Assembly: GCF_035084215.1 (NCBI RefSeq)
Contig: NC_090335.1
Span: 47,864,001-47,928,000, forward strand
Direction: 5' to 3'
Origin: Heptranchias perlo
Lineage: Eukaryota
DNA length: 64,000 nucleotides
In this document: piece by piece, positions 10,765-23,689 of the stretch
Numbering within the stretch: the first letter of the stretch is position 1
Layout of the letters: each line of letters opens with the position of its first letter
Made by a program: the position numbers and the translations under genes
Notes under the pieces: generated by a model
The model's input: only the letters and a program-made list of their open reading frames with translations
Databases searched by the model: none
Told to the model about the DNA's origin: nothing

Positions 10765-12830
10765 AATGACAGGCAGGTAACGACCAACTGGTCCATCCAG
10801 CCTATCCAAACAGTTGTGATGCCTTGTGCATCACAGCATATACACTTCCCACTCCACCCCAAATCTATGTAATCTCCTGGAAGAGGCACAAAACCAGATT
10901 GAAAACCCAGGCCAATTAAGGAAAAAAAATGTGGAGAATTCCTCTCTGCCCCCCAACCCCCACGCCCGAGGCGATCGAAACTAGTCCAGGAGACCACTGT
11001 AGCCCTGATTAATGTTATGCAGTACCTACCTCTTGTACGAGGTGATCTCTGCTCTAGCCAGAAACCAGTCCAGCTCTTGCTTGAAGGAACTTAGTGAATT
11101 GGCATTCACCGCACGAGCTGGCAGCCTGCCCCAGAGGCCACTATTCTCTGAGAAAAGAACCACCTCCTAACATCTAATCTAGCTCTGCCTTTACTCTGCT
11201 TGGCTTTTATTGCTAGGGGGATAGAATATAAAAACAGGGAGGTATTGCTGCAGTTATATAAGGTATTGGTGAGACCGCACCTGGAATACTGCATACAGTT
11301 TTGGTCTCCATACTTAAGAAAAGACATACTTGCTCTCGAGGCAGTACAAAGAAGGTTCACTCGGTTAATCCCGGGGATGAGGGGGCGGACATATGAGGAG
11401 AGGTTGAGTAGATTGGGACTCTACTCATTGGAGTTCAGAAGAATGAGAGGCGATCTTATTGAAACATATAAGATTGTGAAGGGGCTTGATTGGGTGGATG
11501 CAGTAAGGATGTTCCCAAGGATGGGTGAAACTAGAACTAGGGGGCATAATCTTAGAATAAGGGGCTGCTCTTTCAAAACTGAGATGAGGAGAAACTTCTT
11601 CACTCAGAGGGTAGTAGGTCTGTGGAATTTGCTGCCCCAGGAAGCTGTGGAAGCTACATCATTAAATAAATTTAAAACGGAAATAGACAGTTTCCTAGAA
11701 ATAAAGGGAATTAGGGGTTACGGGGAGCGGGCAGGAAATTGGACATGAATTTAGATTTGAGGTTAGGATCAGATCAGCCATGATGTGATTGAATGGCGGA
11801 GCAGGCTCGAGGGGCCGATTGGCCTACTCCTGCTCCTATTTCTTATGTTCTTATGTTCTTATAACTTGAGATTGTGACCTCTGGTCCTCCCTAACCTATT
11901 TAGTTGGAACAAACTGCCTATACAAACGCAATCTAGTCCCTTCATCACCTCAATCAGATCACCCCTAAGTCCACACCTCTCTAAAGTGTAGAGTCTCAGC
12001 TCTTTGAGCCTATTTTGGTAACTAAGATGCTTTAAACTAGGAATTAATCTTGCGGCCCTCCTCTACACCCTTTCCAAACCCACCATGTGAGGAGACCAAA
12101 ACTGGACACATGACGTTTAACTTCGAAAAGCGCAGTGTTATGTATGTGGGCAGGACGAATGTTGAATGTACAAACACCCTTCAGGGAAAAGTACTAAAGC
12201 CATTGGAGAAAGAAAGAGATCTGGGCATTCTGGTGCATAAACCTCTAAAAGCTCATGAGCAATGCCGTGAAGCAATAGCTAGGGCGAACAGGGTGCTAGG
12301 GTGTATTTACAGGACAGTATACTCCAAACGCATACTATTTTGTCCTTGTACAAGACCTTGGTTAGGCCTCTTATGCGGTACCTTATCAAAAGCTTTTTCA
12401 AAGCACAATTTGGGTGCGGCAGATTACGCTGCAAGCTTCAGAGATCTAATACTGATTTTACAGTGGAAGAACAGGAGGCCATTAGTTGAATTTCTACTCT
12501 TATTTCCTTTTTATTATCTAATTTCTTATCCACTCTTCTTCCCCCCTGAATTCCCATGGATTTTAGTTGAATTAATAATCTTTCATATGGGACTTTGTCA
12601 AAGACCTTGTGGAAATTAATGTAAACTATAACATAGAAACTTCCACTGTCTCGTTTTGTTTCTGACATCTTAAAATAAGACAAGAATATTTGTCAAGCAA
12701 CATGTTCCCCTCCTGAATCCACGCTGATTCTTACTTATTAAGCTATTTCTATACAGGTCTTCATCCTACCTGTTCTTTAGTATAGTTTCCATTATTTGAC
12801 CCAATATTGATATAAGGAATGTTTGGACTC
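10765..12830 (-). mobile_element. Old rearranged CR1 LINE remnants, with an inverted piece at ~12115-12368
   Basis: Minus-strand DVRRWFFSQR and NFHKVFDKVPYERL. Plus-strand EKERDLGILVH..ANRVLGCI..LYKTLVRP. Confidence 0.7.
11199..11861 (+). mobile_element. Young CR1 LINE 3' end nested in the older CR1
   Basis: Open ORF2 C-terminus (LVRPHLEYC..RGDLIETYKI..TRGHNL..NFFTQRVV) and (TTCTTATG)n tail. Confidence 0.93.
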
Positions 12831-15113
12831 CTTTTAAGTACGACTGCTTGTTTGAGGGACGATAGCTTACTAAAATGTACAAACACTATTAGAAGTTATT
12901 CCCCTAGAGTTAATTCTGCTAAAGTTGGGCGTTCTTCCTTTGTGCAACAACAGAAATGAATTCTTCTGCATGTAAAAGCACCAGAAGTCACAATGATGCT
13001 GCATTTTGATTGTTATGCTGGTGCCAGAGGCAGCCTGACCCTGCCAGCAGTGCTGTGATATAAATGAGGCAACGCTAATGCTTCCATCAGGAAGGAGATG
13101 GTTTTTCCCCCTGTACTGCTGACGGCGAGCACTCCTGGCCACCATTAACAGTGCCACAGGCTGCTATTTTTTTCGGGCTGCACTCAACCTCTCGTGGAGG
13201 CCATTAATGTGCTTTTCTTTTTGCATTGCTAGCCTGCAGAAGGTGCTTGACCAGAAAGTTAAAGTCATGATCTTGGCTGTCAGCAACTGTGTATTCCTGA
13301 TCTTGCGTGTGAAGAGTTTTCCTGTTACCACCAGTGCTCTGAAATGTACTCCACTGTGTAATTGATGTACTTCAAAACATTAGAAGGGTCGGCATATTGC
13401 AGAACCATTTCTGTGGTATCAATGGGTTGGAAGGACTAACAGCGCTGACAGTTACCTTGTATAAATGAGGTCCATAAAGTGACAGACTGACCATTTCCTG
13501 TAAGTTGCATTCTGTCTGAGACAGCTGTCTAGTGCTATTGTCTGCACAATTACATGCACTGCAGTATTGTGCTTTCTTCAATTAATAGATCGGTATCTTG
13601 GCTGTCAATGGAAGCTATCATACTGTACAGAAGGGATCATATTTCCCACACAATCTTGCAAAATAAAAATGCAAACTGAAACTTAAAAAACATAAAATTC
13701 TGTCTAATTCAACAATTTGTCAGCGGAACCTATCAAACACTGCTCAAGGCAGGCTACATTCCACACAGTATAACAAATATCAAATGTCAGCTGTAGAGCA
13801 TGCTTTAATTGTGTTTGTGCAATCACTAATGAGTACCAATGCCAGAGTGTGCAGCGCTAACACTCCTGAGTGTTCCTGCCAACCCCATTATCTGTGATGT
13901 GGGTCTTCCAACCCATACTACCATTGAGTTTACATCTTTTCTCAATTTTCTCCTCTCCTGACCTCTGTGTGGGGATTCATGGACTGGGAAATAGTTTCAC
14001 AGGGACTGTCAGTAGACTATTCAACTGCAGGTAGCATCACAACTAAGCCCAGTCTTGTCCTTAGCCAATACCACACACATGCACTTTTCAACAGAAGTCT
14101 TTGGCTTGAAGTTGGGAGGAAGAACCCATTTAAAAAAAAAAAATTCCCCCTCCTCAGCCTAGGGTAAACGAGGTAGTGCTTCCATATCGGCACGGGTTAG
14201 GATCAGCTAACAATGCATGGCAGAGTTAGAGCCTGAGACCAAAGATCCCTTGATGGCTTAGTTGACTTACACTGTGAGCAGCTTAGTCATACAGACTAAG
14301 ACAGTTCTGGGTTTGATCCCCAGTCAGTGTTAGCTGATCTCGGATGAGGCTAGCAGCTGGGATGCTACAATTAGCAGTGACCCTGAGCTATAGAGGGAAG
14401 CTCATACAGCTGATCACTATCTGGTGACCCCTGCTGGAAGTGCATATGGGTCGATAACAGGTGAGGACAAGATCAGGCTCAGCTGTGATGCCCATCAATG
14501 TCAAATAGCCTGTTAGCATTCAGTGTCAAGTCTCACACATAACGTATTGGAAAGCAACCAGCACCTGCATAACTGTCCCAAGAAAGAGTCAAACACCTTC
14601 ATGAGGAGAAGAATTGACAGAGAAGAATAACCTGAAGCTTTCCTTGTTTTATGGCTCAGTGCAGTGCATTTATCCACTAAGACCTCAAAGGTATGTCTCC
14701 GACAGTGATAACACTATCTTAAGGAATATTCAAAGCATTCGTAAATCAATCAGTGTAATCAGCCCTGTCAGACAGGGCAAGGGTCATGAGCTGTATTTGT
14801 CTTGTTTCCACTCACTTTTTCTATTTTTCAACTCTAAATTCGACCCTTGGAAGGAGGCCATTCCTCCACCAGTACGACAAAATGCAGTGGAAGTATTTCA
14901 GTATTTATCTGGTGGTAAACCATTCTCCAAATAAATATCTGCTTGGTGCCACAAATTTCTGAATTTTGCAGTTTGAGCCGATGCACAGAGTGGAAGTTAA
15001 ATCGTGCTCTTGGTATTGAAAAGTTATGATGTGGAGATGCCGATGATGGACTGGGGTTGACAATTGTAAACAATTTTACAACACCAAGTTATAGTCCAGC
15101 AATTTTATTTTAA

Positions 15114-15154
15114 ATTCACAAGCTTTCGGAGATTTTCTCCTTCCTCAGGTAAAT
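15114..15154 (-). ncRNA. Minimal hammerhead ribozyme of PLE A (mirror copy on + strand at 19312-19352)
   Basis: ATTTAC-CTGAGGA-A-GGAGA(AAA)TCTCC-GAAAG-CTT-GTGAAT. Confidence 0.8.
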
Positions 15155-15403
15155 GTTTCAAGATCTCCTTGAAGCCTACGCATTTATACATATTGAATAA
15201 TACATGGTGTTTACAGACTGCCCCTGCAACTGCCCGTTGCCAAGGCAATCACCGTGTTCAGACAGAGAGGTGTCATCTGCAGAACCCCCGAATACACATT
15301 CAACAAAAAAACAAACAGGGAAAAAAAAACAGAGAAAAAAAAAAACACAGAGAGAGGCAGAAACATCCGGAAGGCAGAGAGAGCTAGCAAATGACCCATT
15401 ATA

Positions 15404-17783
15404 TTAAAAACAGATAACATTTGTTCGCTGGTGGGGTAACGTGTAGCGTGACATGAACCCAAGATCCCGGTTGAGGCCGTCCTCATGGGTGCGGAACTTG
15501 GCTATCAATTTCTGCTCGACGATTTTGCGTTGTCGTGTGTCTCGAAGGCCGCCTTGGAGTACGCTTACCCGAAGGTCGGTGGATGAATGTCCATGACTGC
15601 TGAAGTGTTCCCCGACTGGGAGGGAACCCTCCTGTTTGGCGATTGTTGCGCGGTGTCCGTTCATCCGTTGTCGCAGCGTCTGCATGGTCTCGCCAATGTA
15701 CCATGCTCTGGGGCATCCTTTCCTGCAACGTATGAGGTAGACAACGTTGGCCGAGTCACAGGAGTATGAACCATGCACCTGGTGGGTGGTGTCATCTCGT
15801 GTGATGGTGGTATCTGTGTCGATGATCTGGCATGTCTTGCAGAGGTTACCGTGGCAGGGTTGTGTGGCGTCGTGGACGCTGTTCTCTTGAAAGCTGGGTA
15901 GTTTGCTGCGAACGATGGTCTGTTTGAGGTTGGGTGGCTGTTTAAAGGCGAGTAGTGGAGGTGTGGGGATGGCCATAGCGAGGTGTTTGTCCTCATTGAT
16001 GACATGTTGAAGGCTGCGGAGAACATGGCGTAGTTTCTCCGCTCCGGGGAAGTACTGGACGACAAAGGGTACTCTGTTGGTTGCGTCCCGTGTTAGTCTC
16101 CTGAGGAGGTCTATGCGATTTTTTGCTGTGGCCCGTCGGAACTGTCGATCGATGAGTCGAGCGTCATATCCCGTTCTTACTAGGGCGTCTTTCAGCGTCT
16201 GTAGGTGTCCATCGCGTTCCTCCTCGTCTGAGCAGACCCTGTGTATTCGCAGGGCCTGTCCATAGGGGATGGCCTCTTTGACGTGGTTAGGGTGGAAGCT
16301 GGAAAAGTGGAGCATCGTGAGGTTGTCCGTGGGCTTGCGGTAGAGTGAGGTGCTGAGGTGCCCGTCTTTGATGGAGATTCGTGTGTCCAAGAAAGAAACT
16401 GATTCTGAGGAGTAGTCCATGGTGAGCTTGATGGTGGGATGGAACTTGTTGATGTTATCGTGTAGTCTCTTTAGTGATTCCTTGCCGTGGGTCCATAGAA
16501 AGAAAATGTCGTCGATGTATCTGGTGTATAGTGTTGGTTGGAGGTCTTGTGCAGTGAAGAAGTCCTGCTCGAACTTGTGCATGAAAATGTTGGCGTATTG
16601 GGGTGCGAATTTGGTCCCCATGGCTGTTCCGTGTGTTTGGGTAAAGAACTGGTTATCGAAGGTGAAGACATTGTGATCCAGGATGAAGCGGATGAGTTGT
16701 AGGATGGCTTCCGGAGATTGGCTGTTGTTGGTGTTGAGTATTGATGCTGTCGCAGCGATGCCGTCATCGTGGGGGATACTGGTGTATAGTGCCGAGACGT
16801 CCATCGTGGTGAGAAGTGTTCCTGGTTCAACTGGTCCGTGGGTACTGAGTTTTTGTAGGAAGTCTGTAGTGTCGCGACAGAAGCTGGGGGTTCCCTGTAC
16901 GATGGGTTTCAGGATGCCCTCGATGTATCCAGAGAGGTTCTCACACAGGGTTCCGTTGCCTGATACGATGGGACGTCCGGGTGTGTTGGCTTTGTGTATC
17001 TTTGGGAGGCAGTAGAAGTCTCCCACGCGGGGATTACGTGGGATGAGAATGCGTAGGATGCTTTGAAGGTCTGGATCGAAGGTCTTGATCAGTTTGTTGA
17101 GCTGGTGGGTGTGTTCTTTGGTCGGATCTGCGGGTAACCGTCTGTAGTGTTCCTGGTTGTCCAGTTGTCGGTATGCTTCTTTGCAATAGTCTGTTCTGTT
17201 CTGTATGACTATGGCTCCTCCTTTGTCCGCTGGTTTGATGACGATGTTGCGGTTGGTCTTGAGAGCGTTGATGGCGTTGCGTTGTGCTCGGGTGACATTC
17301 TGGACTGTCTTCTGAGTGCGGCTGATGAATCTGGCATTGACGCATTTCCTGACAGCTTGAGCATACATGTCCAGCTGAGGGCAGCGACCCTCCGGAGGAG
17401 TCCAGTTTGACTCTTTCCTCTTCGGTTGCTGTACCGCGGATCCCTCTGTCTGCTGTTCCGGATCGTCGATTGTCTCATTGGGTTCGCTGCTGAAATCTTG
17501 GGGTTTGTGGTAGAATTCCCGGAGCCTCATTCTCCTGATGAATTCCTCTGTGTCCGCCGCGAGACTAGTGGGGTCCATTTTGGTAGTGGGGCAGAAATTG
17601 AGCCCTCGGCTGAGAACTTCGATTTCGTCTGGTTGAAGGGTGTGGTCGGATAAATTGACAATAGACTTCCCTGTGGTTGCAACCGTGGTACCAGGGGAAG
17701 CTTGGTCGTTGCTGGTGGTGATGCCGAGTTTCTCAAGCTTCCTGCTCTTGGTTTTCATGTAGGCAGCGTAGTTCCGTTGCCTC
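15404..17783 (-). CDS. PLE polyprotein (RT + GIY-YIG endonuclease), open but 5'-truncated; Neptune-type Cys-rich linker
   Basis: IKPADKGG, FYCLPKIHK, PGRPIVS, MDVSALYTSIP, GTAMGT, RYIDDIF, FLD, LYRKPT, HP; linker PCHGNLCKTC; CDSANVVYLIRC..WYIGET..RMNGH; GLN. Confidence 0.95.
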
Positions 17784-19062
17784 CAGATCACGAACCCACT
17801 CAAGTCCACATACAACTCGGATTACGCTGAGAGACTCTGCCGCCGTACCTCTCGCACACTCCGCAACCATCTCATACACCAACTCTACAGCAGACGCCAC
17901 AACCTCGAAACCAAGATAGAGTCCATACTCTCAACCTGTACTCAGGACACAGCAGACCAGCTACGTTATACCGCCAAACAGACGAGGCAACGGAACTACG
18001 CTGCCTACATGAAAACCAAGAGCAGGAAGCTTGAGAAACTCGGCATCACCACCAGCAACGACCAAGCTTCCCCTGGTACCACGGTTGCAACCACAGGGAA
18101 GTCTACGAATCTCCATCAAAGACGGGCACCTCAGCACCTCACTCTACCGCAAGCCCACGGACAACCTCACGATGCTCCACTTTTCCAGCTTCCACCCTAA
18201 CCACGTCAAAGAGGCCATCCCCTATGGACAGGCCCTGCGAATACACAGGGTCTGCTCAGACGAGGAGGAACGCGATGGACACCTACAGACGCTGAAAGAC
18301 GCCCTAGTAAGAACGGGATATGACGCTCGACTCATCGATCGACAGTTCCGACGGGCCACAGCAAAAAATCGCATAGACCTCCTCAGGAGACTAACACGGG
18401 ACGCAACCAACAGAGTACCCTTTGTCGTCCAGTACTTCCCCGGAGCGGAGAAACTACGCCATGTTCTCCGCAGCCTTCAACATGTCATCAATGAGGACAA
18501 ACACCTCGCTATGGCCATCCCCACACCTCCACTACTCGCCTTTAAACAGCCACCCAACCTCAAACTACCCAGCTTTCAAGAGAACAGCGTCCACGACGCC
18601 ACACAACCCTGCCACGGTAACCTCTGCAAGACATGCCAGATCATCGACACAGATACCACCATCACACGAGATGACACCACCCACCAGGTGCATGGTTCAT
18701 ACTCCTGTGACTCGGCCAACGTTGTCTACCTCATACGTTGCAGGAAAGGATGCCCCAGAGCATGGTACATTGGCGAGACCATGCAGACGCTGCGACAACG
18801 GATGAACGGACACCGCGCAACAATCGCCAAACAGGAGGGTTCCCTCCCAGTCGGGGAACACTTCAGCAGTCATGGACATTCATCCACCGACCTTCGGGTA
18901 AGCGTACTCCAAGGCGGCCTTCGAGACACACGACAACGCAAAATCGTCGAGCAGAAATTGATAGCCAAGTTCCGCACCCATGAGGACGGCCTCAACCGGG
19001 ATCTTGGGTTCATGTCACGCTACACGTTACCCCACCAGCGAACAAATGTTATCTGTTTTTAA
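17781..19062 (+). pseudogene. PLE A right arm: longer N-terminus but RT core deleted
   Basis: Begins LQITNPLKSTYNSDYAERLCRR. A ~1280-nt deletion at 18105/18106 (equal to left arm 16382-17661) and a 21-nt deletion between CAAAC repeats at ~18565. Confidence 0.9.
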
Positions 19063-21393
19063 TATAATGGGTCATTTGCTAGCTCTCTCTGCCTTCCGGA
19101 TGTTTCTGCCTCTCTCTGTGTTTTTTTTTTTCTCTGTTTTTTTTTCCCTGTTTGTTTTTTTGTTGAATGTGTATTCGGGGGTTCTGCAGATGACACCTCT
19201 CTGTCTGAACACGGTGATTGCCTTGGCAACGGGCAGTTGCAGGGGCAGTCTGTAAACACCATGTATTATTCAATATGTATAAATGCGTAGGCTTCAAGGA
19301 GATCTTGAAACATTTACCTGAGGAAGGAGAAAATCTCCGAAAGCTTGTGAATTTAAAATAAAATTGCTGGACTATAACTTGGTGTTGTAAAATTGTTTAC
19401 TATTGAAAAGTTGAGTAGCTACAGCAGTACAACAGGGAAATCCAATCCTTATGACTGGAATTGAATCCCAGGCTCAGTTTTAATTCAAACCCATCTGTCC
19501 TTAAAAGCAGAAGAAGCCGAGATTTCCCAGTCAGCATTATTTTAATACCAGCAGTGATCCATTTAAAATAAATGGGTAGCCTGTCTAATGGAGGAAATGC
19601 ACCCAAAACATTAACGTGCCCCTTTAGAGATGCTGACCGAGTGCTGTATACATCCAGCATTTTCTGTTTTTTATTTCAGATTTCCAGTATTTGTATTTTT
19701 ATTTAAAATAACACCATAACACCAATCAGTAAATCTGGGATAGAGTCTCAGTCTTGGTGCCTTTCTATTAATAAAACCTGATCATCCTTCTGTTTTTCTT
19801 TTTCGTGCTGTTGATTTTTTTTTAAATGACTGAGCCTGATTGTCTGAGGAAGCAGAATTAATGGGCTAGATTTTCGCACCCCCGAGCAGGTGCGATCGTG
19901 GTGGGGGGGCTGTGAAAATCGGGGTTTCCCAGGGCAGGTCCGGACCCCGGCTCCAACCCGCCCACTTCCGGGTTCCCCAGTGACGCGCTGACATGCGCGC
20001 GCAGCCCCCGCATGTGGGACTCCCGCCTGCAATTAAAGCCGGCGAGATGCCACTTAAAGTAATTAACCAGGTACTTCAGGTCATTTACAGACCTGATTGA
20101 CCTGATATTTTAGGAGGGGTGGGATTTTCAGATCAACTGAGACTGTTTCCCGTACTGGGGGAAACACTCCCAGTTGAAATGGACGTGTTGCAGCCATCAG
20201 CCTGTGGCAGCTGTAAAGGTCCATTTGAAAGGTGGGGCGGGGGAGACCCTCACTCATTGCAGGAGGCCACTCTGTCACTTCGGACAAAGTTTAGCCTCCG
20301 CCACCCTCCTGCTAACAATAAAATTCACTAACTTGCACATTTACCCCGGGGTCCAGACACATTCACCTACCTTGCGACCCCCTCAAAAGTACATCTTCCG
20401 GATGGGGCCCGCGGTAGCTGCAGTCATGACCTCCTCGGAGGACGAACAGCTTCACCAGCCTCGCTGGCCATGCTGTCCACCTCTGACACGTGGAGCTGTG
20501 ACACATCCACCTGCACAGCAGGAGGGAGGGCAACCGCAGAGAGAGATGCGTCGCAGAGGGCACTACCCTCGCCACAGGGTCTACAGACCGAGGCTCAGCT
20601 TCCTGGACCTCTCTGAGCAGCAGTGCACACGGAGGCTCAGAGTCACTCGACATGTAGTCGTGGACATCTGCAGCCTCCTTCATTCTGAGCTGCTCCCGGC
20701 TCGCCCGAGCACCATCTTCTTACGTGTCGCAGTCAAAGTCACCACTGCCCTCAACAACCTCTGCTCTGCATCCTTCCAGGGTGCCACCGGGGACATCGCC
20801 GACTTCTCTCAGTCGTCTGCACAAAAGAGCCCTGCAAATACACCTACACCCACTCTGCAGTGACATAATGGGTTGCATCAGTTGTGGGTCTTCATAGTGA
20901 GCCTCAGGAAAGGGCATTATTGCACAAACCAGACAAGATTCGCAAAGACGTGGCAGTAGTGGTGCCAATATAATATGTAATGTGAGTTGATCAGAAATTA
21001 AATATAAGTAAAAACCATGACAAACCCTCAAACACCCTTGTGCATCCCCTTCATGCTCATGACACGTTTGCCTTACGCTTCCTACTGCACATATGTGATG
21101 CATGCCCTGTGGCTGCAGCACAGGTAGTGGCAGGTTGAGTGAGGCTGACTGTGAAAGAGATGCATGAGAGGGTGAGTATGAGATAGAGCCATGAGATTGT
21201 ATGAGGATTGGGTTGAGTGGTAGTGGCGGGATGAGTACTGGCGAGGTGAGTAAGTGCAGGTAAGATGAGGATGAGCTTTGAGTGGGTGTGAGGGGTGATG
21301 TGATAGAGTAGTGTTGGCAGTGCAGAAGGAGATGTGAGGTGGGGACGGTGATGTGGCAGACGGAGTGTAGGGGAATGAGTAAGTGTACTCACT

Positions 21394-21638
21394 TTGGCTG
21401 ACCTACTTAGGTGATTGAAGCGCCTCCTGCACTGTATGCAGGTGCGCGATATGTTGGTGGTGCAGGTGAACTCTTCTGCCACCTTGAGCCAGGCCTTCTT
21501 GGTGGCAGAGGCAGGCCACTTCCTCCCGCCCGCCGGGGGGATGATCTCTGTCCTCCCCCTCCTCCTCACCCCATCCAATAAGACCTGGAGTGAGGCATCA
21601 TTAAACCTGGGAGCAGCCTTCCCCCTGGGCTGCTCCAT
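21394..21638 (-). pseudogene. Harbinger Myb/SANT-like DNA-binding exon (open in H1), ending at an AAA|gtgagt donor
   Basis: The first ~82 aa of ORF 21057-21638 carry the trihelix pattern (RF..L.VLL..V, W..VA, QCRRRFN.L). Downstream exons are deleted. Confidence 0.75.
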
Positions 21639-21722
21639 GCTGTAATTTTTCCTATTTTCTACAGCATCAATCAGTGGAGGACTGCCCCTTTAAATAGGGC
21701 TCCTCCAGCTGACAGTCTATGC

Positions 21723-21734
21723 TGCGCATGCGCA
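21723..21734. promoter_or_regulatory. NRF1-type palindrome TGCGCATGCGCA upstream of a TATA-like TATTTAAA and the Myb ATG
   Basis: Exact motif also at 36294-36305, 40685-40696 and 41227-41238. TATTTAAA on - at ~21689-21696. Confidence 0.55.
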
Positions 21735-22589
21735 GTCCACCCACTGCGCAGCTTTCCAGTGCGAAACCCAGAAGCAAAGGTAAGTACCTTCAATCAAGCT
21801 GCAATCGCGCGCGGAGCACCCCGATTTCACCCCGCTGCCAACCCGCCTCCCTCCTAATAGCGGGCCCAATATGCACAGTTGAACAGATATGATTCCTAGA
21901 TATAGGAATATAGGAACAGGAGAAGGCTATTCAGCTCCTCGAGCCTGTTCCACCATTCCATTAAATCATGGCTGATCTGTACCTCAACTCCATCAGGACG
22001 GGTTTTTCCAACTGATGGACGGTAAGAGGTGACTGCGTGTGAAAAATAGTTACAGCAACTTCCACAGCTGATTTCCTTGGTGAATATTTAAAAATATTTT
22101 TTGAATTTGTCTCTGGCAGTGTGAGATGTTTTAATCACCTGAAGTGTTTGTTGGATATCACTGACAGACAGGGAAGGGACATTTAGGTCTGCAGCAATGT
22201 GCTGAAGAGAAATGGTCAAAGAGTGTCTCCCCATTGCAAATTTAAAACATACCTGTGGAGAGCCCACTAAAGAGGTGACTGCAGTTATGTGAAAATCCAG
22301 AACCTTCTATCTATGGATGAACATCTCTTGTGCTGCTCTACCATGTCAGCAAAGCACTCCGTTTTTGCTGGTAATAATAATGTGACAAAACCAATTTATG
22401 CACTGAAACGTTCTTTCTGTTGGCTCAGCATGCAGCAATGTAGAGAGAAGGTATGCAGAAAACTTACAGCCCATACAGTTCTGTCCTCTTGGCTGGAGAT
22501 GGAAGTGCGACACCAGACCACCAAAGCAGCAGTAGGGACTGGTGATAGGGGAGGAGTGGAATTATGAATAAAAATTATCATCTCATTTT

Positions 22590-22982
22590 AAGCGTCAGCC
22601 TTGGCTCAATGGTAGAACTCTCACCTCTGAGTCAGAAGGATGTGAGTTCAAGCCCCACTCCAGAGAGTTGCTCATGTAATTTAGACTGACAGTAACATGG
22701 TACTGAGGGAGTGCTGTGTTGTGGGAGGAACTGTCTTTCAGTTGAGACGTAAAAGATTCTGTGGCATTATTCGAAGAAGAGCAGAGGAGTTCTCCAGGTG
22801 TCCTGGCAAATATTTATCCCTCAACCGACACCACCATGTTTGTTGGACCTTGCTGTTCGGAAATCAGCTGTCGAATTTGCCTACATCACAATAGTGACTA
22901 CATTCGAAAAAGTATTTCATTGGTTTGAAGTGCTTTGGGATGTCCTGAGGTTGTGGAATGTACTATATAGATGCAAGTTCTT
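22590..22982 (+). mobile_element. DeuSINE (AmnSINE1/SacSINE1-like) with L2-type tail
   Basis: tRNA head GGCTCAATGGTAG..GAGTTCAAGCCC, core TTCGAAGAAGAGCAG..GTCCTGGC..ATTTATCCCTCAACC, tail CTATATAGATGCAAGTTCTTT. Other copies at ~23195-23452 and ~48620-49703 (interrupted). Confidence 0.75.
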
Positions 22983-23689
22983 TTATGCTTTATTAATTCG
23001 GTTCATTGTTTTCCCCCTTAACCTTTTCTCCTGAATGGGTAGTAGCAGCCCTCCAGTACCTCACCCAATTGGCTGTTCCTCATCGATGACCCAGGACAGT
23101 AAGTGTCAGAGGGCTAATTGATTGTAGGGAGCTACGACCGCTGAACTGGATCCTGTTCTTATGTAATACACAATTTTTTTGTGCACTTTACACTCGTGGT
23201 GGATGTAAAATGTCCCATGGCACTATTTGAAGAAGAGCGGGGAGTTCTTCCACTGCCCTGGCCAACATCCTTTCTTCAACCTAAATGGTTAATTCAGCAC
23301 TTATCCCATTTGCTGTTTGTGGAACCTTGCCGTGTACAAAATTAGCTGCTGTGCTTCTACACATAACAGTGACTACACTTCAAAAAATAATGCATTGGGT
23401 GAGTTTGGGACATTCTGAGAGAATGATAAAGCATTACATAAATGCAAGTTCTTCTCCTCCAATATAGGGACACTTACTTGCCAATTAAAATGTGGAATTG
23501 GGGAGCCTACCGCCCACCCCCTACTCCACCATCTCAGTTGGTAAAAGCACTGCCTAGTGTGACACTGAATTGTACAGACCAGGAAGGCCCCAAGTCTGAT
23601 CCCTGGCCTGTGCTGAGTTAGCTGATCTCAGATGACAAGATGTTGTGATTGTTCCCAGTGCCCTAAGCATGGAAAAGGTACAATGAGGT

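Larger units (their letters stand above)
15026..19400. mobile_element. Penelope-like element A: head-to-head inverted double insertion
   Basis: 12-bp TSD TATTGAAAAGTT at 15014-15025 and 19401-19412. Left arm (-) 15026-17783, right arm (+) 17781-19400. The arms appear identical apart from two deletions. Confidence 0.95.
19863..21867. mobile_element. Non-autonomous PIF/Harbinger element H1 (transposase stub on +, Myb/SANT exon on -)
   Basis: GGGC-starting imperfect TIRs and 3-bp TSD AAT/AAT. HARBI1-like N-terminus (RHRVYRPRLSFLDLSEQQC..VAVKVTTALN..SASFQ..SQSS) converges on MEQPRGKAAPRFNDASLQVLLDGV..W..QCRRRFNHL. Confidence 0.9.

Noticed and set aside
17784-17815. N-terminus MYVDLSGFVIW of the 803-aa ORF
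   Set aside because: It reads across the inversion junction into antisense sequence. The real upstream coding sequence is on the + strand.
20174-21638. Domesticated HARBI1/NAIF1/MSANTD host genes
   Set aside because: They are multi-copy, bounded by TIRs and TSDs, truncated, and frameshifted in sibling copies.
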